The position numbers and the translations under genes are program-made. From Lepidodermella squamata (lineage: Eukaryota > Animalia > Gastrotricha), in assembly GCA_047495785.1 (NCBI GenBank), contig JBLDXI010000074.1, positions 1,426,001-1,490,000 on the forward strand: a stretch of 64,000 nucleotides of DNA, given 5' to 3'. This document shows, in pieces, positions 53,050 to 64,000 of the stretch. Below the pieces are notes generated by a model. That model ran no database searches, was not told the DNA's origin, and saw only the letters and a program-made list of their open reading frames with translations. Position 1 is the first letter of the stretch, and the number at the start of each line of letters is the position of its first letter.

Positions 53050-56000
53050 ATGAAAATGCGAGGACGAGGTGGAAATTACGACGCTTCAGTTATGGATGAT
53101 GACGATGAGGAAGAAGATCAGGACGACGACTATCTGTACAAATACATGCAGAAGCCGCAGCAGAACCAGCAGTTGCGAAAACTGCCTTTTGCGGCTGTAC
53201 AAGCCTCAGAGCAATACGGCGGGAAAGTTGCCCACTTCCATGCTGAGGGAAACACGGGCAACACGCCTGCGCAGAAGGTTATCATTTCGAAACTCCGATA
53301 TCCCACCCTGGATTTGCTGATGGACGATCTGAATCGACGAATTCATTTGTCGCGTGGTGTTCGAGCGATTTACACGCCAAAAGGTCGGCATGCTATCGAA
53401 GATTTGGCTGATATCGAACACGGTGGGCACTACATTGTTTCGTCGTCGGTGTTTCGCGGCGTTGAGACGGATGTTGCGAAGGGAGCATCAGGTCCTAAGC
53501 CGTGGCTGGTCAATCGGCATCACATGGACAGGTACAAGCCAGAGGATGCGACGTATTACAACGCACTAAATAACGGCCAACTTCGCAAGAGATCGCGTAA
53601 TGACTCGGCATCAGAACGCAGGCGCAGTGTAAGATTTTCGCGGCTCCATTATTAATCATTTGACAGCAAAACTCCTATTTCATTCCATAATTTCTTGCAC
53701 GGAATGAGGAAAGCGGGAGAAATTATAAGCTGATGTTATTTTTGCCATCAGACCTCTACTTTTTCATTTAAAGATTCAAATCGTTCAGCTTAATTTGTTC
53801 CCTTCTATTTTTTCAGAGATCCAATGAGCGTGAATTGACTCGGTTGCCTGATATCTCACCGCGAACTAACGGCCCTGTTCGCGGCAAGAAAGAGAACAAA
53901 CTGAGCCGGATAACCCCTTCTCGCCGATATTTCTCAGACGATGACACTGACCGCCGGCCTTACGGCCTACGTCAGTCCTACCCAGATTCGGCTCGAAAGA
54001 AAACTATTCTCCCGAAAATTGGAGGGGCTCCGAAGAAAGCGTGGGAAGAGCCGAAATCACCGCCGCCAGCTCGCGGGTTGAAACGGCTTGAACACGAGCC
54101 TTGGAACGAACCGCCAGCTCGAAAGAACCCCAGGAAAAAAGGGGTGAACCCTGAGGCTTCAGCGTATTGGCCAACTGGGGTCGGCTATCGTGGTGACGAT
54201 TATGTGATGCCTCCAGCTGTTTTCCAACAGCAGCAAAAACAAGAAGCTCTGTCGCAGAACAACGGTCAAAATAATGCTGCTGCTTCACGGCGAGGCAAAA
54301 TGTTGGACTACGGCCGAAATGCCATGTCTCGCCATTTAGTCTACACCATCCGTCTGATGAGTGGTGAAATGCCAAGTGGTGCATCTACCTCTAACGTTAT
54401 GATAACGCTGTACGGCGCCCATGGCTCTTCGCCTACCTTCACATTTGAACCCAAGAGAAAGGCTTTCTTATCCGGGACGACCGAAGTATACGCCGGAGTG
54501 CGTCTGCCCCAGGATATTGGAGACATTTACAAGCTGAGGATAGAAATAACAAATACAGGCTTGAATCCAGATTGGCTGTGTGATGAAATCCAAGTGGAAG
54601 ACGAATCAACGCGCGAAATCCTCAGCTTTCCCTGCAGAAGGTGAGATTAGGGATTAAAATGTCAATATACATATATGAACAATCGCGTTTTTCAAGATGG
54701 CTCTCTTCAACACTCGGTGATCGGCACATTGTTCGAGAAATTCCTGCACTTGGTCAAGACAGGCCACCAGTTGCTCGTAAGTTACCTCATGCTTCCATTG
54801 AGCTATTCCTTCAGACAAGGACCTGTTTCCTCGTTTAGTCGTTCACTACGAATTAACCGTCCAAACCGGTAATCTTTACAACGCTGGCACGGCTGGTAAA
54901 GTTACTATTACATTGTTTGGTGAGCGAGGCGATTCGGGGGCTCGGCTGTTAAAAATTCCAATCTCCAATAACCGATCACCCTTTTCAAAGGGCGCTAGCG
55001 AGGTTTTCATGATAGAGAGCGTATCTCTCGGGGAACTGCGGCGTCTTAGAGTACAGCATGAACCTGAATCTCAGCAAGCTGGCTGGTATTTAGATCACAT
55101 AATTGTCCGAGAAAAGGTAACTTGATAGAATGCTATAGAATATAGCAAACAATGTCATAATAGGATTTGCATGCAACCTTTGTATTTCCCGCCCAACGGT
55201 GGCTGAATACCCGCGATGAGGATCGGCAGCTAGCGGTCGACCTCAAAGCCAGTGATTTTCCGAATTACGCTCGTTTTCTTGACAAAAAGCTAGTAAGTTG
55301 ATTTTTCACGGCATCTTCGAAGGTTCATCACGATGTTTAGTGGCCAACCGAGCGATGGAAGTTCAAATTGGTTGGTGCCGAGCTGGTGCTCTACTCGATG
55401 ATGTCAAATAAGGCTCTCCGCGTCACTGGAGGAGGCTTCATTGACGCAAGAGCTGAGCCTGTTGACAAGAAAGAAGGCTTTGCTGTATTTTTGTCGCAAG
55501 AGCCCAGTGAACACGATAACGAGTCGATTGTAGCACTGAGGACAGCATCGAAACTACCAAGTTTTGTGGCCTTCAGTGGCAGTCAGAAGATTGTCTCAAA
55601 GAACACGTATTCCGGATCTTGCGACCTTCGGATTCACGCGTTATCCTCAGGAGCTATAACAGTCGAATCAGATAAGTATCCGGGAAATTTCATCTCGGTA
55701 GCATCGAATGGCCAGATGTATCCTGAAGCGCAAGCGTTGGCCCAACCAGGACCTAATCAGTCGTTTTTTGCCTACGTGAAAGGAGCTTTTCGAGACACCG
55801 GTATCGTCATGCTGTGCACATCCAAGAATCAAACGATGTGTATCGATCGAGATCCGAGTTCGGTTTCCGGCATTGGAGGCCGAAACAAGTTGGCTCATTT
55901 TCGCGTTCACAAGGTCGCGATTGGCAATATTCGAATGTTTGAATCTGTTGTCTTCCCTGGCAGCTATTTGCAAATAAAAAAGGGAGCATGCAATTGCTTA

Positions 56001-59000
56001 GGAAATGGCGACAAATTCTGTAAGCTCAAAGATAATAAATAGTAAAAGCTGAATGTATTTATTTATTTATTTGATTTAAGGTGAATTCCGAGTCAGAAGA
56101 TTCCGAGAGCAGAACTTCGTGACGCTCGAGAGCATTCGTGATAGGGGCTTTTTGACCTTTGCCCCAAATGGCCAGATTCAAGTTCTCGAGCATCAACCAG
56201 CAACAGGGGCTCCATCTTCCAGGCTATACCCTGAAGTCGTATCATGTGCGTTTGTCCGAGCTCGAAAGTGTTTATCGATTGATCTATTCTTTTACTTCAA
56301 ACAGTTGGTCGGAGAAAAGAAGGCAGCAAGCCACCATCTGAAATCACTGAAATTAAGAAGAAAATCGACGATCCTGATTCCGACCTCAATTCCGAGGTTG
56401 ATGACCTGTATCGGGATCGATATCGCGGGAAACCGAAACCAGCGCGAAAATCCAACGATCCTCCGCCTGTGCGGAAAGTAAAGAAAGAAGAGCGGGCCCC
56501 ATCGCCTGGTCGGAGGGCTCCACCGAAAGGGCTGAGGCCGACCTTGACACCGGCTGCCCCATTCCACGCCAAGGACGATGCTCAGCTCATTCGCAAGATC
56601 ATCTCTCGCAACGAGTTCGATCCAATCCTGAAAATTGTCTGCCGTCGAACAGCCGACCAGCGAACTGCCGTTGCCAAGACCTATAAAGACCTATTCAAGA
56701 AGGAAGTTGTTCAAGATATCGAGACTGTTTCCCAGGGTGAGCTCAGCGAGTTAGTGTCGGATCTTTTCCTGCCATATATTACCTTCGTGGCGGAGGATGT
56801 GCACAAGGCCCTTCAAGGTAACGTGGACGAAATAGCTATGATCGAAATGCTGTGCTCGAATACAGATGAGGAGCTCACTCAAATCAAGCAAGAGTATCAA
56901 AAACGTGAGCTCTTTAAAATCACAATTAGTCTTGAAATAAGTAAACTTCCAATTCTGTTTAAGGATTCGGTCAAGCCCTGGATTCAAGTATCATGCGATC
57001 GATGACAAGCGGCTTTGCTCAACGACTTTTCGTTAGATTGCTGTCAAGACCATCATCCCATGACTCAGTCGTGAAAGCAGCCATGGAAAATGACGCAAAG
57101 ATGTTGAATCAAGAATTCGGAGAACGCGTCGATCGTCCCGAGGACCATTTTCTGTTCACGTTGCTGGCTGGTCGCAGCCACACCGAGCTGCGAACAATAT
57201 GCGATAGCTACGTCCAACTTTACAAGACGGAGGTCGATCAAGAATGTTTGAAGAAAATCCCTGGCGAGAACGGGAAGTACTACGCCACTGCCATCTCTTG
57301 CATAACCAAGACTCAGAGCTATTTTGCACAGCGGTTGAACGAAATTCTTACAACCGGCCCCATAGATGCGCTAGATCGCGTCATCTTATCTCGCTGTGAA
57401 GTTGATACGGAGAATATCAAAGCAGAATACGAGAGGCTGTTCAACGCGTCACTGACAAAGAAAATGGCGGCGAAGATCAAAGGCAGTCATCTGACAGCAA
57501 TGTTGACTTTGCTGAAAGAACCGGTGCCAGATTCGGGCGAACAGTCGCCACCCTCGACAAGGCGAGATCCCAAAAACCCAGTTAAACCCAAATCAAATGA
57601 TCAGAGCAGCGAATTGGCCCCAACTGTTTTTCCAGAGAAGAATTTCATCGCAAAACAGGATTGTGAAGTCATACAAAAAGCTTTGAAGTCGAAAAATCCA
57701 GAAGAAATAGCTGCTATTCTGACCTCGATTCTAACTCGAAGGTCTTGGCAGCAACGGCAGGATATCGGCAGAGTTTACAAAGATGCGAACAAGCATGACT
57801 TGGAAGGAGATATCGAAGCTGCGGTCGAGGGATTTTTCTGTAAGTTGATGGTGCGGCTCCTGAAGACGCCGGCTGAAGCTATGGCTCGCGACCTTAACGC
57901 TGCGATCAAAGCGAGTGATGAAAGCTGCATCATGGAAATAATCTGCACTGCCTCGCACAATGACCTCCAAGCAATCAAAGACAAGTATCAAAAGCGTAAG
58001 TCCCATATTATTTATTCCTAACGCTTCTTTTTATATGATTTATGATTTGTACACTAATATTTCAATTTTCAATTTTCATAAAGTTTTCAGCAAGCCATTA
58101 CACAAAGACATTGAGGAAGAGAGTGGAGCTTTCCGAAAGTTCATGGTCGGTCTTCTTGGCCGCTCCAAGGCACCCAGTGACTCCACTATTAACCAAGACA
58201 TGTTCGATGCTGATGCTAAAATGCTGCATGACGAGATCAAGAACAACGGCACTGACAACCTTATTAAATTTTTCACTTCGAACCGCGGGCCAAGCCAACT
58301 CAGCTCAATCTACTTGACCTACAAACAGGAGTTCAAAGCTGAGGTCGAAGAGGATTTGAAGAAGCACATGAACAGCGACGTCGGAAATGCATTTCGAACG
58401 TGCGTTGAGTCTAGCAAGAACAAAACTGTCTACTTTGCGAAACGACTGAGAGCTTACTTGGATGGCAAGGGCAACCAGAACGCCGGCGTTGGTCGCCTCG
58501 TTGCCTCTAGGTGCGAGGTTGATCTCGCAAATATCAAAGCCGAGTACCACAAATTGACCGGCAAAAGCTTGACCCTGAGCGTCGCCAGCCTCGTCACGCC
58601 GAAGGACTACAGTCAAGCTGTTGTTTCTTTGATTGAGGGTAACAAATCAGGGAGTGGACAACTGGCTGGGCCCGCGCCGCCTCCTTATACGCCTACTGTA
58701 TTTGCTGAGCCGAAATTCAACGTAAAGCAGGACTGTGACGCGCTTCAGAAAGCTGTGAAAGGCGCAGTAACGGAACCTTTCATCACCATTCTTACTAGAC
58801 GGTCTTGGCAACAACGTGCTGAAATTGAAAAGACCTACAAGGATGCTAATAAGCGTGAGTTGGAAAAGGATCTGGAGGGCGAGACAAGCGGGAACTTCTT
58901 GAAGGTTTTGTTGAAACTTCTGAAAAAACCTTACGAAAGTTCGGCTCGGGATTTGAATGTGGCCATTAAGACGAACGACACAGATTGCTTGATCGAGATC

Positions 59001-62000
59001 ATTTGCGCAAGCTCCCACTCCGACCTTCAGTCGATAAAAGAGACCTATAAAGAGCGTAAGCTGAGTTCAAAACTTTCAGCCACCATAACTTATTTCTTTA
59101 CAGTATTCGGCTCAAGTCTTCAAGAAGATGTCGAATCTCTGAGCGACTCGAAGCTTGAAGAGCTGTTAATCGCTTTGATCAATCGCCCAAAATCACCTGA
59201 AACCGTCGATGCATCAAACGCGAAAAACGAAGCTCGGGATATGCATGATGAGATAACAGCCGGTGGGAAAAAGGGCGTTAAGCATGTCAACGAACTGATC
59301 TCCACAAGAGGCCAAGCCCAGCTGAGAGCAGCATTTGATGCCTATCAGAAGGAGTACAGTGTCGACATTGCCGATGACTTCAGGAAGTATTTCGATGGCG
59401 ATATTGAGGGAGCCTACGTTACAGTTGGTAAGTTTTATTCGGCCATGTGTATTATTAATAGAACACTGAAATCCTGCGTTTAAGTCGATGCGATCCGGAG
59501 CAAACCCAGATACTACGCGAAACGATTAAACAGTGCACTTACGGCTAACAGTGGCACTCACCACGGGTCTCTAATTCGGCAAATCGTAGCCCGCTGCGAG
59601 ATTGATTTGGCCAATGTCAAGTATGAATATGAACAGCTATACGGTAAATCTCTTCTGAAGGATGTTGAGTCAAAAACGTCGGGCGATTACCGGAGTGCCC
59701 TGGTTTCTTTAATAAATGGCAACAAAGCTGTCGAAGCTCCTCCTCCCCCGCCTTCTAAGCCCAAACCAGCAGAACCAAAGCGCCCTGAACCGAAGCCTTC
59801 AACTAAGGAGCCCGTTGTCAAAGAGGCGAAAGAATCCAACGTGAAAGCTCCTCCACAGTCGAAAATGAAATTCATCCCCACAGTAGTCGCTGAGCCGAAG
59901 TTCGATGTCAAAAAAGATTGCGAAGTCCTTATGAAGGCAATGAAAGGAATCGGGACCGATGAAGATGCTCTAACATCAATTCTCACCAAGCGATCATCGA
60001 AGCAGCGTCAGGATATTAAGAAGAATTACAAAGAAATTTACGATAGGGTTAGTTTATTTATATATCAACTTAGTATCGAACGATTATTAATGATGCCATG
60101 AAATTGTAAAGGAACTGAAACAGGTAAAATCAGCTCTATCTCTGCCTGTGATTTTCTGAGAGATCTAACATTTCATCTATTTAAGCAGGCTATCGCTTGC
60201 AATATTCTGTATTTATTTTTGAAATATTATGATCTTGTTCTCGCAGGACTTGGCTAAGGAAATCGATTCGGAAAACAACGGCAACTACCTGAAAGTCCTC
60301 ATGGCCCTCTTGTCGACCCCAGCGGGCTACTTGGCTGAATGCCTCAATGCTGCAATGAAAGGAGCTGGAACAGACGAGGACACTCTCATCGACATAATCT
60401 GCACTTCTTCAAACGCAGACCTTCAACTAGTCAAGGAAGCCTATTTGTCCAGTAAGTTTCCTATGACTCTCAGTTTAATGATTATTGAATGGCTGAAATA
60501 TTCTTGGCAGAATTCAAGGCCAAGCTGGAGGATGACATCGTGAGCGATACATCTGGGTCTTTCCAAAATCTGTTGGTTTCCCTGCTAAACCGGCCGAAAT
60601 CGCCGGAGAAAGTTGATCCGAAAACAGCTAAAGGCGATGCCAAAATGCTGCATGATGAAATAATGAAAGGCGGAAGCAAGGCTGAAGTGCAACTCAACAC
60701 CCTGTTCGCAACACGAGGTAAGGCATCAAATTGCATACGTGCTTCCTGATACTCACCCTTTTCATAGGCCAAGCTCAGCTAAGAATGGCGTTTGACTTCT
60801 ACAAAGAAGATTTCAAGTCAGATATCGAGGATGATATCAAGAAACACTTTGATGGCGACATTGAAGCTGCCTACGTCGCTGTCGGTGTGTTTGGTAGCTT
60901 GTTTAGTATATTTATATTAATTGTCCTGACTATCAATTAGTTGGTGCCATCCGTAACAAGCCGCTGTACTTGGCGAGGCAAGTGGACAAATCCATGTCAG
61001 GCGCAGGGACGAGAGACGATGACTTGATCCGCCTGGTCGTTTCCACGTGTGAAATCAACCTCGGCAACATCAAGACCGAGTATGAAAAGCTGAAAAAGCA
61101 ACCCTTGGTTAAGTCTGTTGAAAGCGAAACGAATGGAGACTACCAGAAGGCCTTGGTTTCGTTAATAAATGGAAATTTTGATGCGAAAGCTCCAGCAAAA
61201 GAAGAAAAGCCGAAAGAGGAACCAAAGACGCAAAAGAAAGCCGCTGAACCTGGTAAAACTTTTTCAATCACGATCGTTTCATTTTGTAATGACTCAAATT
61301 TGGGAAATGAATAGCTAAAACAGGAAAAGGTGCTACTACTGCTAAGGCAGGGAAAACAAACGAAAAAGCGGCGGTTTCAAAAAAAGGTGACCCCGAAACC
61401 CGGTGTTAATTTGTGTGTTTTAGAGTAGACGAAAATTAGCTGAAAATTAGCTGCCCATTGTTTTTGGCATGATGAGTTTTTATTATATCTTGAAAGACAA
61501 TTAATCTCGCCTAACCCAATCGCTTCTTTGCTTTCTATTAGAAACCGAGGCGAAAAACATTGCCTCTATTCCAACGGTGGTTGCCGAGCCGAAATTTGAT
61601 GCGAAAAAAGACGCCGAAGTACTGATGAAGGCGATGAAAGGCATCGGCACAGACGAGAAGAGCATCATCGCCGTGCTAACCCGTCGAAACTACGCTCAAC
61701 GGGCCGAAATTGAAAAAGCCTACAAAGCTGAATACAAAAAGGTGAGATGATCAATTTTCGGAATGTGAGATGCTGTTCAAATTCGATTTATTAAGGATCT
61801 TGTTTACGTAAGTTAATGGGTTTTGTAAATCGCCGTCGTATCTGTATCGTATCGTAGCATTATGATGTTTTTTTCATATCTATCATCTATCTGTCGTCTA
61901 TGAAGTCTATTCTATCAATCTGTCTAAATGACCATAATTTTCGAATTTTGATAAATTTCTTCCAGGAATTGAGGTCTGAGTTGGAGAGCGAAAATAGTGG

Positions 62001-64000
62001 TAAGTTCCAGGACACCTTGGATGCGCTCATGACGGCGCCTCTCGAGTTCGCGGCTCAGAGTCTGAAAAAAGCAATTGAGGGAGCTGGAACAGATGAAGAG
62101 GCAATCATTGAGGTGCTATGCTATGCTAATTACGACGACCTTCAACTAATCAAAGCCAAGTACGAAAAGCGTAAGTTGGAGTGGCCGTCGCACATTCATT
62201 TGCATTATTTTTGTTCCTAGTTTACAAGGTTTCACTGCAGAAGGATATCGAGTCGGATACAAGTGGCCATTTTCGAAAACTTCTAGTTGCTCTACTCAAT
62301 CGGCCTAAATCTCCAGAGAATGTTGACGTGAAAGGGGCGAAAACTGATTCGAAAACCCTACATGATGCATTTGCGAAGGGCAGTGATAAAGCTGCCGACG
62401 AGTTGATCAAACTGCTGTCAGGCCGAGGGCGCTCGCAGCTACGGCTCATATTCGACACTTACAAAGCTGATTACAACACTGATGTTGTGGATGACATAAA
62501 GAAAAACTTCGATAGCGACATCGAATCAGCGTTCGTCGCAACTGTCTATTCGATCCGCAACCGTTTCAAGTATTTCGCGAGCCGGTTGAATGCAGCGATG
62601 GCAGGGCTTGGGACTCGAGACCAAGCTCTCATTCGGCTTATTGTCTCGCGCTGCGAAATCGATCTCGGAAATGTGAAGGAAGAGTACGAGAAAATGTACA
62701 AAAAGTCTCTTGTAGCAGCCGTCTCAAGTGAAACTACGGGCGATTACTGCGACTGCTTGGTTTCGCTCATTAACGGTAACGGAAGCGGGAGCCCGCTGCC
62801 AAAAGCTCCTGAACCGAAACCAGTTGAGAAGAAGGCAGAAAAGAAAGAGCCAGAGAAGAAGGAACCAGAGAAGAAAGAACCAGAGAAGCCCGAAAAAGGT
62901 ATTAAAATATAAATGATGCGTATCCATATATAGTCGTATAATGAATCGCTGGGTAATTTTTGAACAGGAAAGAAAGGTAATATCAGCTTTTGCTTTCATC
63001 CAAATTTTTTAAATAGCCGGTTTATTTTATCAAGTAGAGTAGTCTGTAGCCCAATTAAATTCAAATAGCAATGCTCACGCAATTACGATACTATATATTA
63101 TATATTTCTTCAGCAATTGAGGCCTCCTGCGTCGCATCTGTACCGACTGTGGTTGCTGAGCCGAAGTTCGATGCGAAAAAAGATGCTGAGGTGTTGATGA
63201 AGGCCATGAAAGGCATTGGCACGGACGAGAAAAGCATCATCTCGGTTCTCACTCGCCGAACCTATCCGCAAAGAGCTGAGATCGAGAAGAAGTTCAAGGC
63301 GGAATACAAAAAGGTAACTTTAACATTTTTCACTCGCCATGATTACGATATTTAATGGCCTGGCAACATTTTACGAACTTAGAATTTCCTTGAAGTGAGT
63401 CTTGGTGTTGTGTATTTTGACCCCGATTCCTGATTCCCATTGCTCGTGTCATTGCTGTGAGAATCTATTTTAAAATGACGATTCGTTTCAGGAACTTCTT
63501 GCAGATCTAAAGAGTGAAACTGGAGGCGATTTCTTCAATCTTCTCACAGCCCTACTTACTCCACCTATCGAGTTCGCAGCGAAAAGTTTAAAGAAAGCGA
63601 TTCAAGGCGCTGGAACCGATGAGGAAACTCTAATCGAGGTGATCTGCTACGCATCATACGACGATCTTCAACTCATCAAGAGTAAATACGAGATGCGTGA
63701 GTTGAAGTTCTACTATATATTACCCCTTCATAATTCCCCCACTATTCGCAGTTTATCGAGTTCCGTTGCAACAAGATGCCGAAAGTGATACTAGTGGTCA
63801 TTTCCGGAAGTTGCTCGTAGCCTTGCTGAATCGGCCTAAATCGCCTGAGAATATTGATGTCAAAGCCGCGAGATCTGATGCGAAAAGCCTTCATGCCAGT
63901 ATAGCTAAAGGTGGCTCAGCAGCTGCCGATGACCTGACAACGGCTCTGTCGATAAAAGGCCGATCTCAGCTGAGGTTGATCTTCGAGAATTACAAGGCTG
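53050..64000 (+). CDS. Gene B: RP1-like DCX-PLAT-PLAT-beta-trefoil protein fused to at least 6 tandem annexin cores, 3'-partial. Exons 53050..53628, 53817..54640, 54697..54776, 54839..55116, 55164..55292, 55341..56019, 56081..56245, 56305..56904, 56964..57995, 58084..59055, 59104..59427, 59485..60047, 60247..60451, 60511..60717, 60768..60884, 60941..61252, 61315..61386, 61542..61741, 61966..62170, 62221..62898, 63114..63313, 63492..63696, 63752..>64000
   Basis: DCX: YPTLDLLMDDLNRRIHLSRGVRAIYTPKGRHAIEDLADIEHGGHYIVS. PLAT x2: YTIRLMSG...DWLCDEI...FPCRRWL and YELTVQTGNLYNAGT...GWYLDHIIV...FPAQRWL. Trefoil motifs VESDKYPGNFI, FESVVFPGSYL, LESIRDRGFL. Annexin cores start near 56540, 57620, 58690, 59875, 61570 and 63140, each opening with a PTL/PTV..F..K.D motif. 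Introns are mostly 47-90 nt GT-AG and preserve frame. Confidence 0.88.
60112..60123 (+). other. Candidate 12-nt microexon (ELKQ), annexin core 4
   Basis: ttgtaaag|GAACTGAAACAG|gtaaaa inside the 199-nt phase-0 intron 60048..60246. Confidence 0.6.
61796..61807 (+). other. Candidate 12-nt microexon (DLVY), annexin core 5
   Basis: tttattaag|GATCTTGTTTAC|gtaagt inside the homologous intron 61742..61965. Confidence 0.65.
62968..62976 (+). other. Candidate 9-nt microexon (adds GKK) in the linker between cores 5 and 6
   Basis: tttttgaacag|GAAAGAAAG|gtaata inside phase-1 intron 62899..63113. Confidence 0.5.
63383..63394 (+). other. Candidate 12-nt microexon (NFLE), annexin core 6
   Basis: ttttacgaacttag|AATTTCCTTGAA|gtgagt inside the homologous intron 63314..63491. 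Confidence 0.65.

Noticed and set aside
52681-53050. Genes A and B as a single continuous gene
   Set aside because: Gene A ends in TAA followed by AATAAA, and gene B restarts with its own ATG and DCX domain.

Overview
Intron-containing animal (invertebrate-like) genomic DNA; most ORF-track entries are exon fragments or shadow ORFs. Exon models were built by hand from GT..AG sites with phase checks. In order: (1) a STAT5-like transcription factor on the minus strand that runs off the left edge; (2) a candidate 2-exon, 95-aa coiled-coil microprotein gene; (3) a 20-kb turtle/IGSF9-like adhesion receptor (5 Ig + 2 FN3 + TM + PDZ-binding tail); (4) two short non-autonomous DNA transposons with 9-bp target-site duplications; (5) a Dop1R2/INDR-like catecholamine GPCR; (6) a tandem cluster of RP1-like/annexin fusion genes, the most unusual feature. 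In this cluster an N-terminal doublecortin (DCX) domain, two PLAT/LH2 domains and FGF-like beta-trefoils splice in frame into annexin cores. Gene A has one core behind a long Pro/Lys/Glu spacer built of symmetric cassette exons. Gene B has at least six cores and runs off the right edge. A decayed annexin exon lies upstream of gene A. In gene B cores 1-3 have lost the GxGTDE Ca2+ loops, while cores 4-6 keep them and each carries a candidate 12-nt microexon at the same intron position. All models are sequence-only predictions with no transcript evidence.
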